Below are positions 51,322 to 63,174 of a stretch of DNA of 64,000 nucleotides, in pieces. The notes beneath the pieces were generated by a model, which saw only the letters and a program-made list of their open reading frames with translations, had not been told where the DNA came from and did no database searches. This DNA is from Guillardia theta CCMP2712 (lineage: Eukaryota; Protista; Cryptophyta): contig NW_005434668.1 in the NCBI RefSeq assembly GCF_000315625.1, positions 1,158,118-1,222,117 of the forward strand, given 5' to 3'. The position numbers were made by a program, and so were the translations under genes. Each line of letters starts with the position of its first letter. Positions within the stretch are counted from its first letter, which is position 1.

Positions 51322-54300
51322 ATGGCGACCGACTCGATAGTGGGACCTGTGGAGGGATGCGGGCCCAGATCTGGGCCCAGATATTATTTCATGAGCGGGG
51401 ACGAGGCACTCAAGTTGGGGAGTGGCGAAATGGCGGGCGGGGAAGGCAAGAAGTTCATGGAGAAGATGATGGAGAAGAGCCGACGGCATGCAGCACCTGA
51501 GGCCTCAGACATTGAGCGACTGCTTGATGAAATGCAGAGGATCGAAGAGCCAGAGAGTTCAGATGCTGAAACTCAGAGTTCGCGCCATGTCAACAGGAAT
51601 GATGACGTAGACAGCGAGAGAATGATGAAACAAGATTTTATCGAGAGGAGAAAGCAAGTCACACCTGAGAAAGTCAGAAACTCTCGTCAGTTGCGACAGC
51701 AGCATCAACACCTTCTCAGTGGAACCGAGGGCAGCGACAAGAAGAGCGAGATTCTTAGTGGAAAGATTCTTGCCCTTCGAAGCAAGCGTTATGAATTGAT
51801 GCAAGCATTAGCTCAGTCCCATGCCCATGAAACCTTACATCCGAACCAAGACGACGCCATGCCCGTTCTGAGTGATGAACAAGCAATGGCAGGAGCGAGT
51901 GAAGCATCTTCCGTGAAATCTTCGCCCGCCAAGGATGTTCCCACGGAAAGGCAATTAGAGCTTGCAGATATGGAACACAATAGTATGCTATCATTTCAAT
52001 TCGGAAAAGACCTTTTAATCCATCAAGATATGACTGATACATTTGGAAAGTCTGGCCAGGGATGTGAAGAGCAGTCTTGCATTTTTCTGGAGAAATCTAT
52101 AAATGATCACTTGCTTTTGATGCGACCTCAAGATTTCATCAATGGTGCGATGAAGCGTTCTGTCTTCTGATATTGATGTGCTCATTTTGCAGGTCGACTA
52201 AGTGAAACTTTGTTGAATGAGCCTGATCAGACTTGGAGCAGCGTTCGGGGATGCCTTCAGTTGCTGGAGGAGGCTATGGAGAGTTTGGCTTCCATTCAAG
52301 GAGGCAGATTGTTACAAGACTCGCAGGAAATCAGAGGAGTTAGAGAAGTGAGTGCAAGTGACGACGACTTTGATACGTCAAACGCATCAACAATGTGCAC
52401 AGAGTCTGCTCGGGGCAGCATATCATTACATCCCGGGGCTTTGAACTCATGCATTCGGTCTTGGACTCCGCACTCGTCGTATGAAGCAAGTACATTTGAT
52501 GCCGAATGGGATATGGCGGGAGGTGCAGATCACCGAATTCTTGATGATATGGAGGAGTCGGCAGACGATGAAGATGAAGATGAAGATGAAGGTGATTTTG
52601 GCCACAAGGTTGAACCTGAGGACGATGATATGCCAAAATCATTCTTGTGCTCAGCTGCTGTTGTCACAGCGAGTGCTGATAGGTTTTGTTCGGATACAGC
52701 TTCTGACGTGTCCTCATCTGAAATTGAGTGGGAAGAAAGTGAGATTGACGATTTGGAAGCTGATCAAGAGATGGGGACGCAAGCAAGAGACTGTACGTGT
52801 GATATACAACAATCCATGACAGAGTGCCGACCTCTTCTTGCGACGTTTGAAACGATCAATGCCTCCGCCAATAACCAGAGGACTATGCTGTCTAATACAG
52901 ATCGTCAGGTGATTTGACCTCATTATTTACACACATTGACCATTGTGTTTTGGGTTCAGGTATCGAGAAAATGTCCTGATGGTACAAATGACCTGAATCT
53001 GAATGAAACATTTCTGGGTTTGGGCGATGGAAAGTCGGAAGCTTTTTCTGCGATGTGTGACCTAATCGACAATCTCCGCAAGGACGTAGAGGTACTAACA
53101 CAACTGGTGAAAAAGCAATACAACGAGAACGACCCACGAATTTCAGATGCTTCGTTTTCAACTCTGCAGCAGGAAATCCAGAAACACGCAAACGCAATCT
53201 GTAATTTGTCAAATTCAATGACGGACGATGCCGCACGGCCAGGTACACCTGCTTCTTTCACTTGTTCTCAAATTGTTGAAGTCTTCAACACATCAAGCGG
53301 AGATGATGTTGATAAATTGTGTTCAATTCTCGAGACAGAAAATCACATAAAACCAAGAACCCACTCAGCGGTGAATAAATCTCGCCGAGATATTACCATG
53401 AGCCCAGAATATATGGTGGAAATACAACTGAGTGAGAGAAATTATGCTTCAGGCAGTTCATCGATAGACCCATTGAAACGTGGACCACAATCACTGGGTT
53501 CGCGCAATCCATTGATGGATATTCAGCCTGAAGTCTTCCATTCATCCAACTCAGGCAGCACAAAGGATGAGAGGTCAGAAACAGGGATGAATTGCGAGAA
53601 ATTGAGGACTGATTCTCGTTGTTCAAGAGAGTTCTTGACTCAAAATGGTATTTTTCAAGGATTGAAGGAACGCGACTTTGTTGATCAACTGAGAGAGCAG
53701 AGGATAGCTCTAGCAAAGATTTTGATGTACAAGCGCGAGACAGATCAGCTGAGGGACGTTGAAAGAAAACTCTTCTGGATCCAGAACAAGGTGTGTGACA
53801 TGGGCGTAAATCGTTGTCACGATACAACGCATTCCGATGGGGGGGGACAACCTACGGCGAGAAGCTGCAGCTCAGACCGAACGGCGGTGTCGCTTCAGTC
53901 CTCAAAGATGTCGACCAAGACCTTCCAACGTCCACGTTTTTGCGATCCAGAAAGCAGAATTGAACTTGTGCGCAAGTTAAGTCTGGACACTGTTGGAACC
54001 TCACCATCAGCTTATGAAACGTTTACTCAAGTCCTGGAAGGTGATGGGGAGGCCCATTCTGAGATGGAATGTTTGACCTCACATCCCAATTCTACAAATG
54101 TGATTCATTCGATTTTACGTGAAATCATCAAAGTTAGAGAAGAGTTAGATTTTGCTCTGAATGAGAGTTTGGAAGCAAGTCCGAAAATACGAGCGGAAGC
54201 AACAGTTCCTAAATGTCAAGACCAAAGCTTACAAGCAGATGATCGCGCGGATGAGGATGAGGAAAACATCATTTCACCAGAACAAGCGGAAAAGATTGTT

Positions 54301-55158
54301 TGGCAATGCCTAGGGCACTCAGAGTCTTCTTACTGTGATCGAGAAGCTCAATACCATATCGAAAGAACTGAGAAACTTTGTCAGACAGAATGGTACGAAC
54401 CCTCGTGTGGTGCAAGAGAAAAATCTCTGCTTGAGCAGCAGTGCCAAGAATGGGCGATGGAGAAAATTGCGATATTTCTTAACGAAGTGAAGTTGAGTAG
54501 AAGGAGTGTTGACAACCTCATGAAGGAAATTGCGTTCAATGGTCAACAAGAGTTGAAGATAGATCAAGTGCTTATCAATTCCAAGCAAATGGGAAATGAC
54601 TTGTCAAAGATCGAAGCCAATCTGATGAAGTTGGTCATCAATCAGAACCATCTACAAGACAGTATGGAAGAAGCAAATATACGCCTGGGTGATGCTGGAA
54701 TCAAGCTTGAGAAAGATTCGACAATCCTTTCTCGGCTGGCGGATAAGGAGGAGCGACTGGTGTCACTTTATACAGCAATAGAGAGGCAGCTGGAGAAGTT
54801 CCGAAATAATGGCAGGGATAGTGTGATCGAGCTGCAAGAAAGACTTGAGACGAAGGTGCGGCAAGCACAACAAGTTACTGATGGCATGACCAGCTTCTTG
54901 AAGGAAACAGCTGCAATGAAAAATTGGATTTCAAACAGTCCTGAGGCAAGATCAGGCCAAACCTTCACCGTCAATTGTCGAGAGGCGGTTGAACTGCCGG
55001 ACATGTCACGATTCTCTGCCGTTGAGCCAGCAAGTGAGGACTCGTCAAAACTGATCGACTATGTTAGGATGAAGTCCCGCGAGAGCAAGAGGTTTGGGAG
55101 TTGTCCTGATGAAGTCGAGCTCGATCTCTCTTCCTTCCCCTTGGGGCCCGGCATCTGA
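51322..55158 (+). CDS. Large acidic coiled-coil protein of unknown function, about 3 exons
   Basis: Three long same-strand ORFs (282, 235 and 740 aa) are separated by short GT-AG introns (about 52145-52192 and 52909-52959). The C-terminal region is heptad-rich. Confidence 0.7.
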
Positions 55159-55307
55159 AGAGGGAAAGATTGCAGTATGAAGATTGGATTGAAAATTCAG
55201 AATTTCATGTGAACTAAGAATGCAATTTTCTTTGTAGCTTTTGACAAAGTTGTGTAAAACTTCAAATATTGAAAGTGTCGACAGTTCATTCTTTACGTCC
55301 CACCCTT

Positions 55308-56630
55308 CTATTTCCTGGCTTCTTTGATTCCCTCAAGCAGAGAATCCTCTCCTCGCATGAGAGGCTCGAAAATGGTGTCAAGATTCACCTGCAGGAAACG
55401 ATTCAATCCGCGTGACTGGCGAACCTACCAACCTGTGAGAGATCGGCTACAACTGCGTCTGCTCCTTCTCCATAGAAATCTTGATCTTTGGTCGACTCCG
55501 TGTACGTGATGATGCACTTCATTCCGGCTCCTTTGGCAGCACGAAGCCCCACAAGCGAATCTTCCACGACAATGCATCTGCATCTCAAGGTTTCTTTTGT
55601 TCAGCAACAGAACGATGTTCTTACCGTGATGGAGGAACTCCAATTCTCTCAGAAGCCAACTGGTAGATGATAGGATCAGGCTTCTTTCTCGGCACATCAT
55701 CGCCTGCAATGACAACATCCAGCTTGGACAAGCGCTGCTAACAGTGAGCGGCGCACATACATGTCAAGTTGACTTTCTCACCTCCGTCCCGACGACAGAG
55801 TTCACAACCTGCTCGAATCCAGCTTTCGTAGCAGCCGAGCAGATACCGACGGCAATGCCGGGAGTCTTGATCGCCTGAAGTCCTTGTGAGCTGGGAGCAT
55901 AAATCCATCATACCGACCTCGTCCATCAAGCTGAGGACTCCAGGTCTCGCCTCGGCCACTTCGTTGACTATCTTCTTATAGATCTCTGTCTTCTTGTCCT
56001 GAACTACTGTCAGAAGAAGCAATTCAAACGCATGGGTCTAACTTGCAACTCATCAATCAGTCTGTTCTGATCATCTTCGCTACTCGGCACTCCGCCAAGC
56101 TTGGATGTCGGCCAGCTGTTGTGATGGTCTCAGCAAGTCACCAGCACTCATACTGCACTCGTCAAGGCGAGGAAGTACCCGTTGTTGTTGAAATGCCATT
56201 TCATCTTGGGTTTGCCTCCACCCACGGTGTTCTGCAGCACGTCGTAGTACTCCACAGACCAATTCACCGGCTGGCCGTTGATCTGGGAGGGGAGTAAGAG
56301 GAGCATAACGAGGATACGAGTGACCTCGGCAGAATAGTCTTGGAACGCACCATTATAAGCAAGGCGATGAAGCTCTTCAGTCAACACAATCACCCCGTCA
56401 CAGTCGAACAAAAGAGCAAACTTGTCCGCACTGCCCTCCCTTCTTTTCTCGTCTGCTGCTGCCATAGGCGAACCGCCGGCCATTCGAAGCAGCCCCAGTC
56501 TTGCAGAGCGGGGAGCGGGATGGGAATGCACTCGTGATAAAGATCGGAAGGCAGTCGCAGGAGACATACAGTTGAAGGCCATCGCGGCCTCTGCGGCCAT
56601 CGCCGCCAACACGATCCGAGCCCCCAACAT
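55308..56630 (-). CDS. cbbY: CbbY-like HAD phosphatase with a bipartite plastid leader
   Basis: Leader MLGARIVLAAMAAEAAMA-F. HAD motif ALLFDCDGVIV, then HRLAYNGAF, VGGGKPKMKWHF, ARPGV, GDDVPRKKPDP and VVEDSLVGLRAAKGAGM. Confidence 0.9.
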
Positions 56631-56946
56631 GGCGCACTGTTGCTGGGTCTGCTGTCTGCTGGTTGCGCTTATATCTCTGCTAGCTGTTTGCCTGGTGCAG
56701 CCTGGAATTTTGTTTTTTTATCCGAAGCTTTTATTAATTCCCTCTGGGCCGCCCGGCCACAAATAGTACCTGGTCGGAAAGTAGCTAGTAGTATCCTTGA
56801 GTCAGCCAGTGAAACGAGAAGGAGAAGAACGTGTCGTGTACAGAATATTTCATTATGCGAATCATGGCAGTGAGTCTCAACGGAGGCTGTGGCCCGACAC
56901 ACTGTCAAAGATCGGATCGACTGCCAGACTCATACTGGCCCAGTTC

Positions 56947-57734
56947 TCATTGTCCGAGGCCTCCAGCATTGTTCGCGTCTCGGAATCTTGCAATGCTCTG
57001 CCACATCATTTCCGATTCTTTTTTGGCATGGCACCTAAAGCAGCCAAATCCGCATCTTGCTCCAACCCAATGATCCCCGCACACATTGCAGTGAGAAAAG
57101 CGACAATCGGGCATGCACATGCCGAATCCTGGGCATTCACGGCAGTGCTTGTGATATTTCCCGAGGGTAGGGTAGGCATCGTTTGCGCACATGCAAGTCA
57201 GATAATACCTTTCTCCACAGCTTGCATTGGGACAAACAATGGCTGCCCCTGGAGACCCCTCCTCATAGTCTATACCACTGTCAGGCTGGTCAAGAAGGGC
57301 ACGAAGCGTCGTTTGAAGTGGATGCTGGCAATACTCGCACACTCCTTTCCACGCGATGGAATCAAGCTTCGCATTGAAGTCAATCTGCAAACCAAAAAAG
57401 AGTCAAGCACTATTATACTTCACGTGTTGGTCTTCAGGATATCAAGAATGTTACCTTTAGTGCACCTCGTGCGAGCCCACCAATAGCACATTTCGATGCT
57501 TCCTCTACGTTCTCATATCCCCAAGATTGGATCATGGCAATCACTCCTTTTCGTGTCCTTGGTACTGAAGTGTACACTTTCTGCTTCTTTGCAGGTCGCG
57601 AATTAGAATCGGATGGGTTTGGCCTCTTCTTGACAGTCGGAGCATCTTCAGCAGCTGCAGTCTGCAAACCGTCAATGTCAGAAATGTCAGGTATTTGTTT
57701 CTGCACAAACCTGCTTCGAAGGTGTGAGGGACAT
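56947..57734 (-). CDS. Cys/His-rich protein of unknown function with an NLS-like motif, 3 exons
   Basis: MSLTPSKQ|TAAAED..KKRP..PAKKQK..GALK|IDFNAK..CEYC..CPNASC..CMC..HKHCREC..HCNVC..CFRC. Confidence 0.7.
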
Positions 57735-58105
57735 CTTAGGGACGTGATATGACAGCGAATTCGCTTGCCTGCAAGTTCGCATCTACTCAGAAATCCTTGC
57801 ACATCAAAGAGATAGAGGAGTTGATATTTAGTTGGCGAAGTAGGGGAAGGAGGAAGGGTTGGGGAGGGGGGAGGAGTCACGGGCGGGGGGGAGCAGGAGG
57901 GAGGGGAGGGATGGGGTTGTCTTTGTAGCCCATGCATGATGCGGGTTGCATTGGTGTGCTTGCAGTTCATCATTGTGAACGAATGGCGGCAGCGCGGGAA
58001 ATGCAAACTAGAAGACAGCAAATGAAACCTACCCCATTGTTTCTTGTCTGCTCTGCTGCCCCAGGATAAGAAGTGAAAAAAATAAGGTTTTACACACCTG
58101 CGGCA

Positions 58106-59122
58106 ATGGGGCTGAAAGAGGAAGGAAACGATGCGTTCAAGGCGGGAAGGTTTGAGGAGGCTGTAAAGCTCTACTCGAGAGCCATCGAGGAGGAGGGACA
58201 GAATGAAGTTCTCTACAGCAACCGAAGCGCATCGCTCCTTGCTCTCAAGAGACATGACGAGGCGCGTCGTGATGCTGACAAATGCATTGAACTCAAGCCG
58301 GACTGGGCAAAAGGACATTATCGAAGAAGCAGAGTGCATGAGGAGAACAATGAGTTTGAACTTGCTGTGGCATGCATGCGCAAGGCGCTAGAACTCGATC
58401 CTTCCAACAATGAAATACAGCGAAGGTTGAAAGATCTCAACAAAATGGCCAAGTCAGCTTCAGCAGCAATCGACGAAGAAAATATTCGAAAAATGTTTGA
58501 AAAAGCTGGAATGAAGTCCGATACAGATTCAGACACGGATGAAGAAGACAACAAGCGACACTTTGACAAAGACATCAATCCCCAGGGATGGGCGAAGGGC
58601 CTCACCCCGGAGGAGCAAAGGATATGGTTGGTGGACTGTTATCGCATGCGCGCTGACGACGACTACGTCTGGGGAGGATGCTTTCTTCATGGCCTCTACT
58701 GCACATCGGGTAAGCAGCCGATCGTTGAAGATTTCCTGGTGTTCTGTAAACTTGCAGTTGAGCACAAGGTCGTGCCCGAAAAGTGGGATTGGAAGAAGTT
58801 TCTCGAGACGGCAAAAGATCCCTTGCGATTTGCATTTGAGAAGGAGGACGCCAAAGAGAAATATGGCTCTGAGAACGTGTTTGCGGGTGCATTGGGGGGT
58901 CGCTCGCTGCGATTCACCGCGGAGTTTGTTTACGGCTCTAGCTGTATGGCGGGGATGATGGGTGTCAGTGATCGGCATCAGGAACTGTTGGAGCAAGCAG
59001 ACGGTGAATGGAGGACGCTATCGAAGCCTAGCAAGGCTGCGTTCTTTGACGATGTTGGAGGTCAAAACATATGGATCGACTTCTTTCGTAACATGAAGAA
59101 CCCTCCTACACCTCGAGGCTGA
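58106..59122 (+). CDS. STI1-like TPR protein with an uncharacterised C-terminal domain, intronless
   Basis: LKEEGNDAFKAGRFEEAVKLYSRAI, LYSNRSAS and KPDWAKGHYR; C-terminal WLVDCYRMRADDDY...FAFEKEDAKEKYG...LRFTAEFVYG. Confidence 0.88.
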   Translation: MGLKEEGNDAFKAGRFEEAVKLYSRAIEEEGQNEVLYSNRSASLLALKRHDEARRDADKCIELKPDWAKGHYRRSRVHEENNEFELAVACMRKALELDPSNNEIQRRLKDLNKMAKSASAAIDEENIRKMFEKAGMKSDTDSDTDEEDNKRHFDKDINPQGWAKGLTPEEQRIWLVDCYRMRADDDYVWGGCFLHGLYCTSGKQPIVEDFLVFCKLAVEHKVVPEKWDWKKFLETAKDPLRFAFEKEDAKEKYGSENVFAGALGGRSLRFTAEFVYGSSCMAGMMGVSDRHQELLEQADGEWRTLSKPSKAAFFDDVGGQNIWIDFFRNMKNPPTPRG

Positions 59123-59690
59123 TGAAGGGTCTTCTTCAAGCAAGAATTGATGTACTGTTTCCATGATTCCTATTGAAGTGATTTCTTGCCTTCGTATCGA
59201 TCAAATTTGTTTCAATTGACCTTTCAAGTTTAAGATTCGAATTGATTAGCTAAGGAGAGTCTGTCCTGCCAAAATCTACATCTACACAATCTTCAGTAGG
59301 AAGGGAATAAGAATATACCTAAGGAAGCAGGGAGAGGAAGAGGGAAGCAGGAAGGAGGGGGGAGGGAGGGGGAGGGAGGGAGGGAGAAAGGAGAAAAGCA
59401 AGGAAGAGAAGGAGCAAGGTGATAAGGCTTGCAATCCTACTATTCACCTAGCATTCTTATAAACTCTTCTACTAATACTACTGCTGCTACTCTGGTTTTT
59501 TTCTGGGAATATTACCCTGCCAGCTTTATAATGCATATCTCAATTGCTTGTTTGTCATCATTTGATTTTATAAGTCCAGAATGAATATCTGTCTAGTGTG
59601 CTTGTGAGGAAGCATATATATTTTAAAAAAAAAATGATTTTTCTCTCAACCGAAGGAGTGAATATCAAAGTTGAAGTTGAAACCAGAGTT

Positions 59691-62600
59691 TTAGAATTGA
59701 CTTTGACTGTTTGATTTCGGAATATCGACAAATTCATCGGAATCGTCAGAATCGACAGAATCATTATCCATGCTAACATAAAGATCCACCTTGTGGAAAT
59801 CTACATACTTAGCAATCTGCAATACCATCTGACGATGGTGTTCTTCAAAAATCTCGTCCTCAATCAGTTGGTTGATATTGGCCCAAAAGTCATCATCTTC
59901 TAGTAGATCCTTTGCACCGAAAAGGAAAGGAGAGTCACTAATTGCAGGACGGTAAGCCCGATACGATGGGGGCGGATGAGCGAAAGTGCTATCGATCTCC
60001 TCGTTGGGATTTTCTGTATCTACAGCAATATCGACCTGCCCGATAGATAAGGAACTAGCGAGTGAAATGGAAAAAGGTTTACCTGATTGTCATATACAAA
60101 GTGAGCGAGGGTATGGACGATACGAAAGTAGTAGTAGCAATCAATGTCTTGAGAGTACCATTTAAGACCAGACCAGAAGTCCCTGTCCATCAAGAAGTCC
60201 TTCACGTCATACCGCCGTGCATACTGCATGTGGAATTGGAGAATAGAAATGTCTTCTTGATCCCCTCGACCGTCCGATCCTTCCTGCCGTGATGGTCCAG
60301 AGACTGGCGATTCACACAATTCACCTCGTACAGATGTAGAAGAAGACGGATATTCGATTCCCAACTTTCTTCGCTTGTTGCTTGTATCACAACCATTTTC
60401 CATGAATGCTGACACAACGCTACCATCTTTCTGAAAGTCTTGAAATCTTTGAAAACCTCGAGGTCTCTCAAACTTCTCAAGCTGTTGGAAACCTTTCCTC
60501 ATATCCTCGCACCAGCGTTCCTTGCAGTGATTCCAGTCTGCCCTATACCCGTCCCTTCTGACGATCCAGCCAGTGCTGCTGACCCACGTCCTCCAGCCCT
60601 CGAGCTTGTTTATGCCCTCTCCTTCCTTTTTGTTGTTGTATTCCAGCAGACAATGGCGCAAGAATACGCTGCTTAGCCTAGTCATCTTGAGTATCATAAC
60701 GTAACTATTGACTGCCACTGCTTTCTCCAGCACATAGAAGTAGAATAAGAGATTCTGGCCACACTCAAGTGCAGCCTGTTTCTGAAGATGTCTTTCAATT
60801 CGATCCATTCCATCCTCCCAAGATTTTGACGAATCAAAGCATGGATCGATCGCCTTTTTCCATAGTTCTAGAGCATCATTCAGCTCCTCAGTGTCCGATA
60901 TCACTCTTCGCAATTCCTTTGCTACTGTATAATCTATGATCGCAATAAGCAGTTTGTCATCAGAAATGCTGCGATTTGTCTGACTTTTCTTCCACGCTCC
61001 GAACGATGGCGACAAAATCTTGTTCCGAGAGATGTACTCGAGCACATCATTGACTAGCTCCGGTCCTGCTATCAGATCTTCCATGTATGTATAGAAGTAT
61101 CCCAATAGCCTCCTTGTACAAAACCTGGTGTCTTCGTATTGCAGGAAGTACATCAGGACAATCGAGCAAATCCTCCATCGCGGATTATCTGCTCGCTGCT
61201 TTGACTGTGACAGAAAATACTTTAACGCATCTTTGGTTCTGTCTCTGAAAGACTTTGCATCTTCAGGGCTGTACGCCAGCACAAAAGTCTCTGTCTCTGA
61301 CGTGTCTGTGTCGGAAAGTTGACTTGAAGCGATTTCCTTCGCAGCTTTGTTTAGTCCAGCTATACTCATCTTGATATCTCTCAGAGCCTCCCCGTCTCTT
61401 ACCAGGCAGAAATCTTCCGGGATGGTATAAGTGTTCATAGAGATACAAGGTTGCCTTCCTTTACATGTTCTGCAACATGACTGCAAAACCCCTTCAAGAG
61501 GTCTGTTGCAAGCAAACATTCCTTCGCGAGGATCGAGAAGCGCCTTGAAGAATATCGAGTTATCGCTTGCTACTTTGCCCTTCCCACATGTCAGCAACAA
61601 AGACCAATTTTGCGGCAATTTCTTATCTTCTTGGTCTTGGGGCAATTCCTCAGTGACACCCTCAATCTTTTCCCGACATGCGTCAATAATTACAAGCACC
61701 ATCGGATGAAACAATGAAATATCGTTTTCAAAGTCTCTAAAAATTTTGAATAAATCCTTGATTGAAAGCATTTGATCATTTATCTCGTGTGTAGACAATC
61801 CTTTCACTTCCTCAACGTCCACAGGCACCAACATCTGATCCTTTTTTCTTGGCTCATAAAATCCATGACCCGCATAGAAGAATATCACAAGCTCTGGACT
61901 GGCTGGCATAAGCTGTTTCAGATTCTTTCTTAAATACTTTCTCATTTCACTCGGACTCCTAGGATTTAAGCTCAGAACCGAATGCGACTGAGGGAGCGAG
62001 CAGAGCTTGTCATGCAGCTCCCTCGCATCTTGCACTGCTGTCTCAAGAGGTTTTAGTTCTCCCTTGTACTCATTCAGCCCCATGCACAGGCCGAACACCC
62101 GGGGATGCTCCAGGAAAATGAGGTCTGACTCGAAACTAAGCTGGGTAAGAGAGTCGACGAACTTCTTCGAGCGAAATTTCGACTGATCGGATAAGGCACT
62201 GGCAAGACATCAAAGTTACTACTACATACTTACCTGATTTCTTCGCAATGATATTACTTTCTTACCTGTTTCTCTTCGAGAAGGTATCTGTGAATGTTTC
62301 TTCCTTGAGAACAAGCTCAATCATGTGTATTGCCTCCTTCTGCGCATGCTTGTCGTCATCACATGCTGTATCGACAAACAGGACGGCTTGATCTGACTTT
62401 CTGGCTTCTGCTTTCATCTCGCAGAGAGAATTTGTTCCTCGTCTTCTTTGAATCACTTTGATCGTAGCAGAAATCCAGCTAGAGGTTGTCGCCCTATCTG
62501 ATAGAACCTCGTCACTACGACCTTTCCATCTGTCTGATGTCATGATATGCAGACAAAGCTCGTCTTCCGGCCAATCCTCCTCTTCGAAGACGAGAAGCCG

Positions 62601-62789
62601 TTGAAGTAACGAGTCTTTGGGTCCTTCCAAATCAATTATGCTTGTGAGACGGATGTGTTTTCGTTGTATGCACCCATAAAACTTGTTCAACAATCGTTCA
62701 CTTTCGGGAACCGTAAAGCTGTTCCATGCCTCGACGCTTGCAAAATTCTTTACGTGAGAATCAAATCTTTTCTGCACGAACTGATCCAT
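59691..62789 (-). CDS. Caspase-like peptidase (clan CD, family C14) with long N- and C-terminal extensions; about 4 exons
   Basis: FGLCMGLNEY..LETAVQDA, IFFYAGHG (His), MLVPVD, IIDACRE (Cys) and LTCGKGKVASDNSIFFKAL. Exons splice in phase to a TAA at 59691. Extra tiny 5' exons from about 62906 are possible. Confidence 0.82.
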
Positions 62790-62937
62790 TTGATGTTGTT
62801 GGTGTTCTTTTTACTGTTGTGTTGCCTTACTTCCCTCGATCGATTCTGGTCCTTTCCCGCTGCCGATGACCCGCATGCTTGTCATACCATGTTGCATTTC
62901 TCCATTTTAATCCCCTCTTTTCTGAGCTTGGAAATCA

Positions 62938-63044
62938 GGGTTTAGGATTATTGCGCGACCTACGCTTTAGGGTTTAAGGTTTAGGAGCCGGCAGAGCGAC
63001 CCTTCTTGGATGGCCCGTTGTGGGTTTAGGGTTTAGGGTTTAGG
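62938..63044 (+). repeat. Interstitial or subtelomeric TTTAGGG telomere-type repeats
   Basis: gggtttagg (62938), tttaggg-tttaagg-tttagga (62966-62986) and gggtttagggtttagggtttagg (63022-63044). Confidence 0.85.
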
Positions 63045-63125
63045 ACCGGGCCCCTTCCCGAGGCACCGGGCCCCTTCCCGAGGCACCGGGCCCCTTCCCG
63101 AGGCAACCGGGCCCCTTCCCGAGGC
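63045..63125. repeat. 20-bp tandem repeat x4 directly abutting the telomeric repeats
   Basis: accgggccccttcccgaggc at 63045, 63065, 63085 and 63106. Confidence 0.95.
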
Positions 63126-63174
63126 AGACCGGTACAGCGGCACCGAAGGCACCGAGGGGACCTCCTTCATCTCC

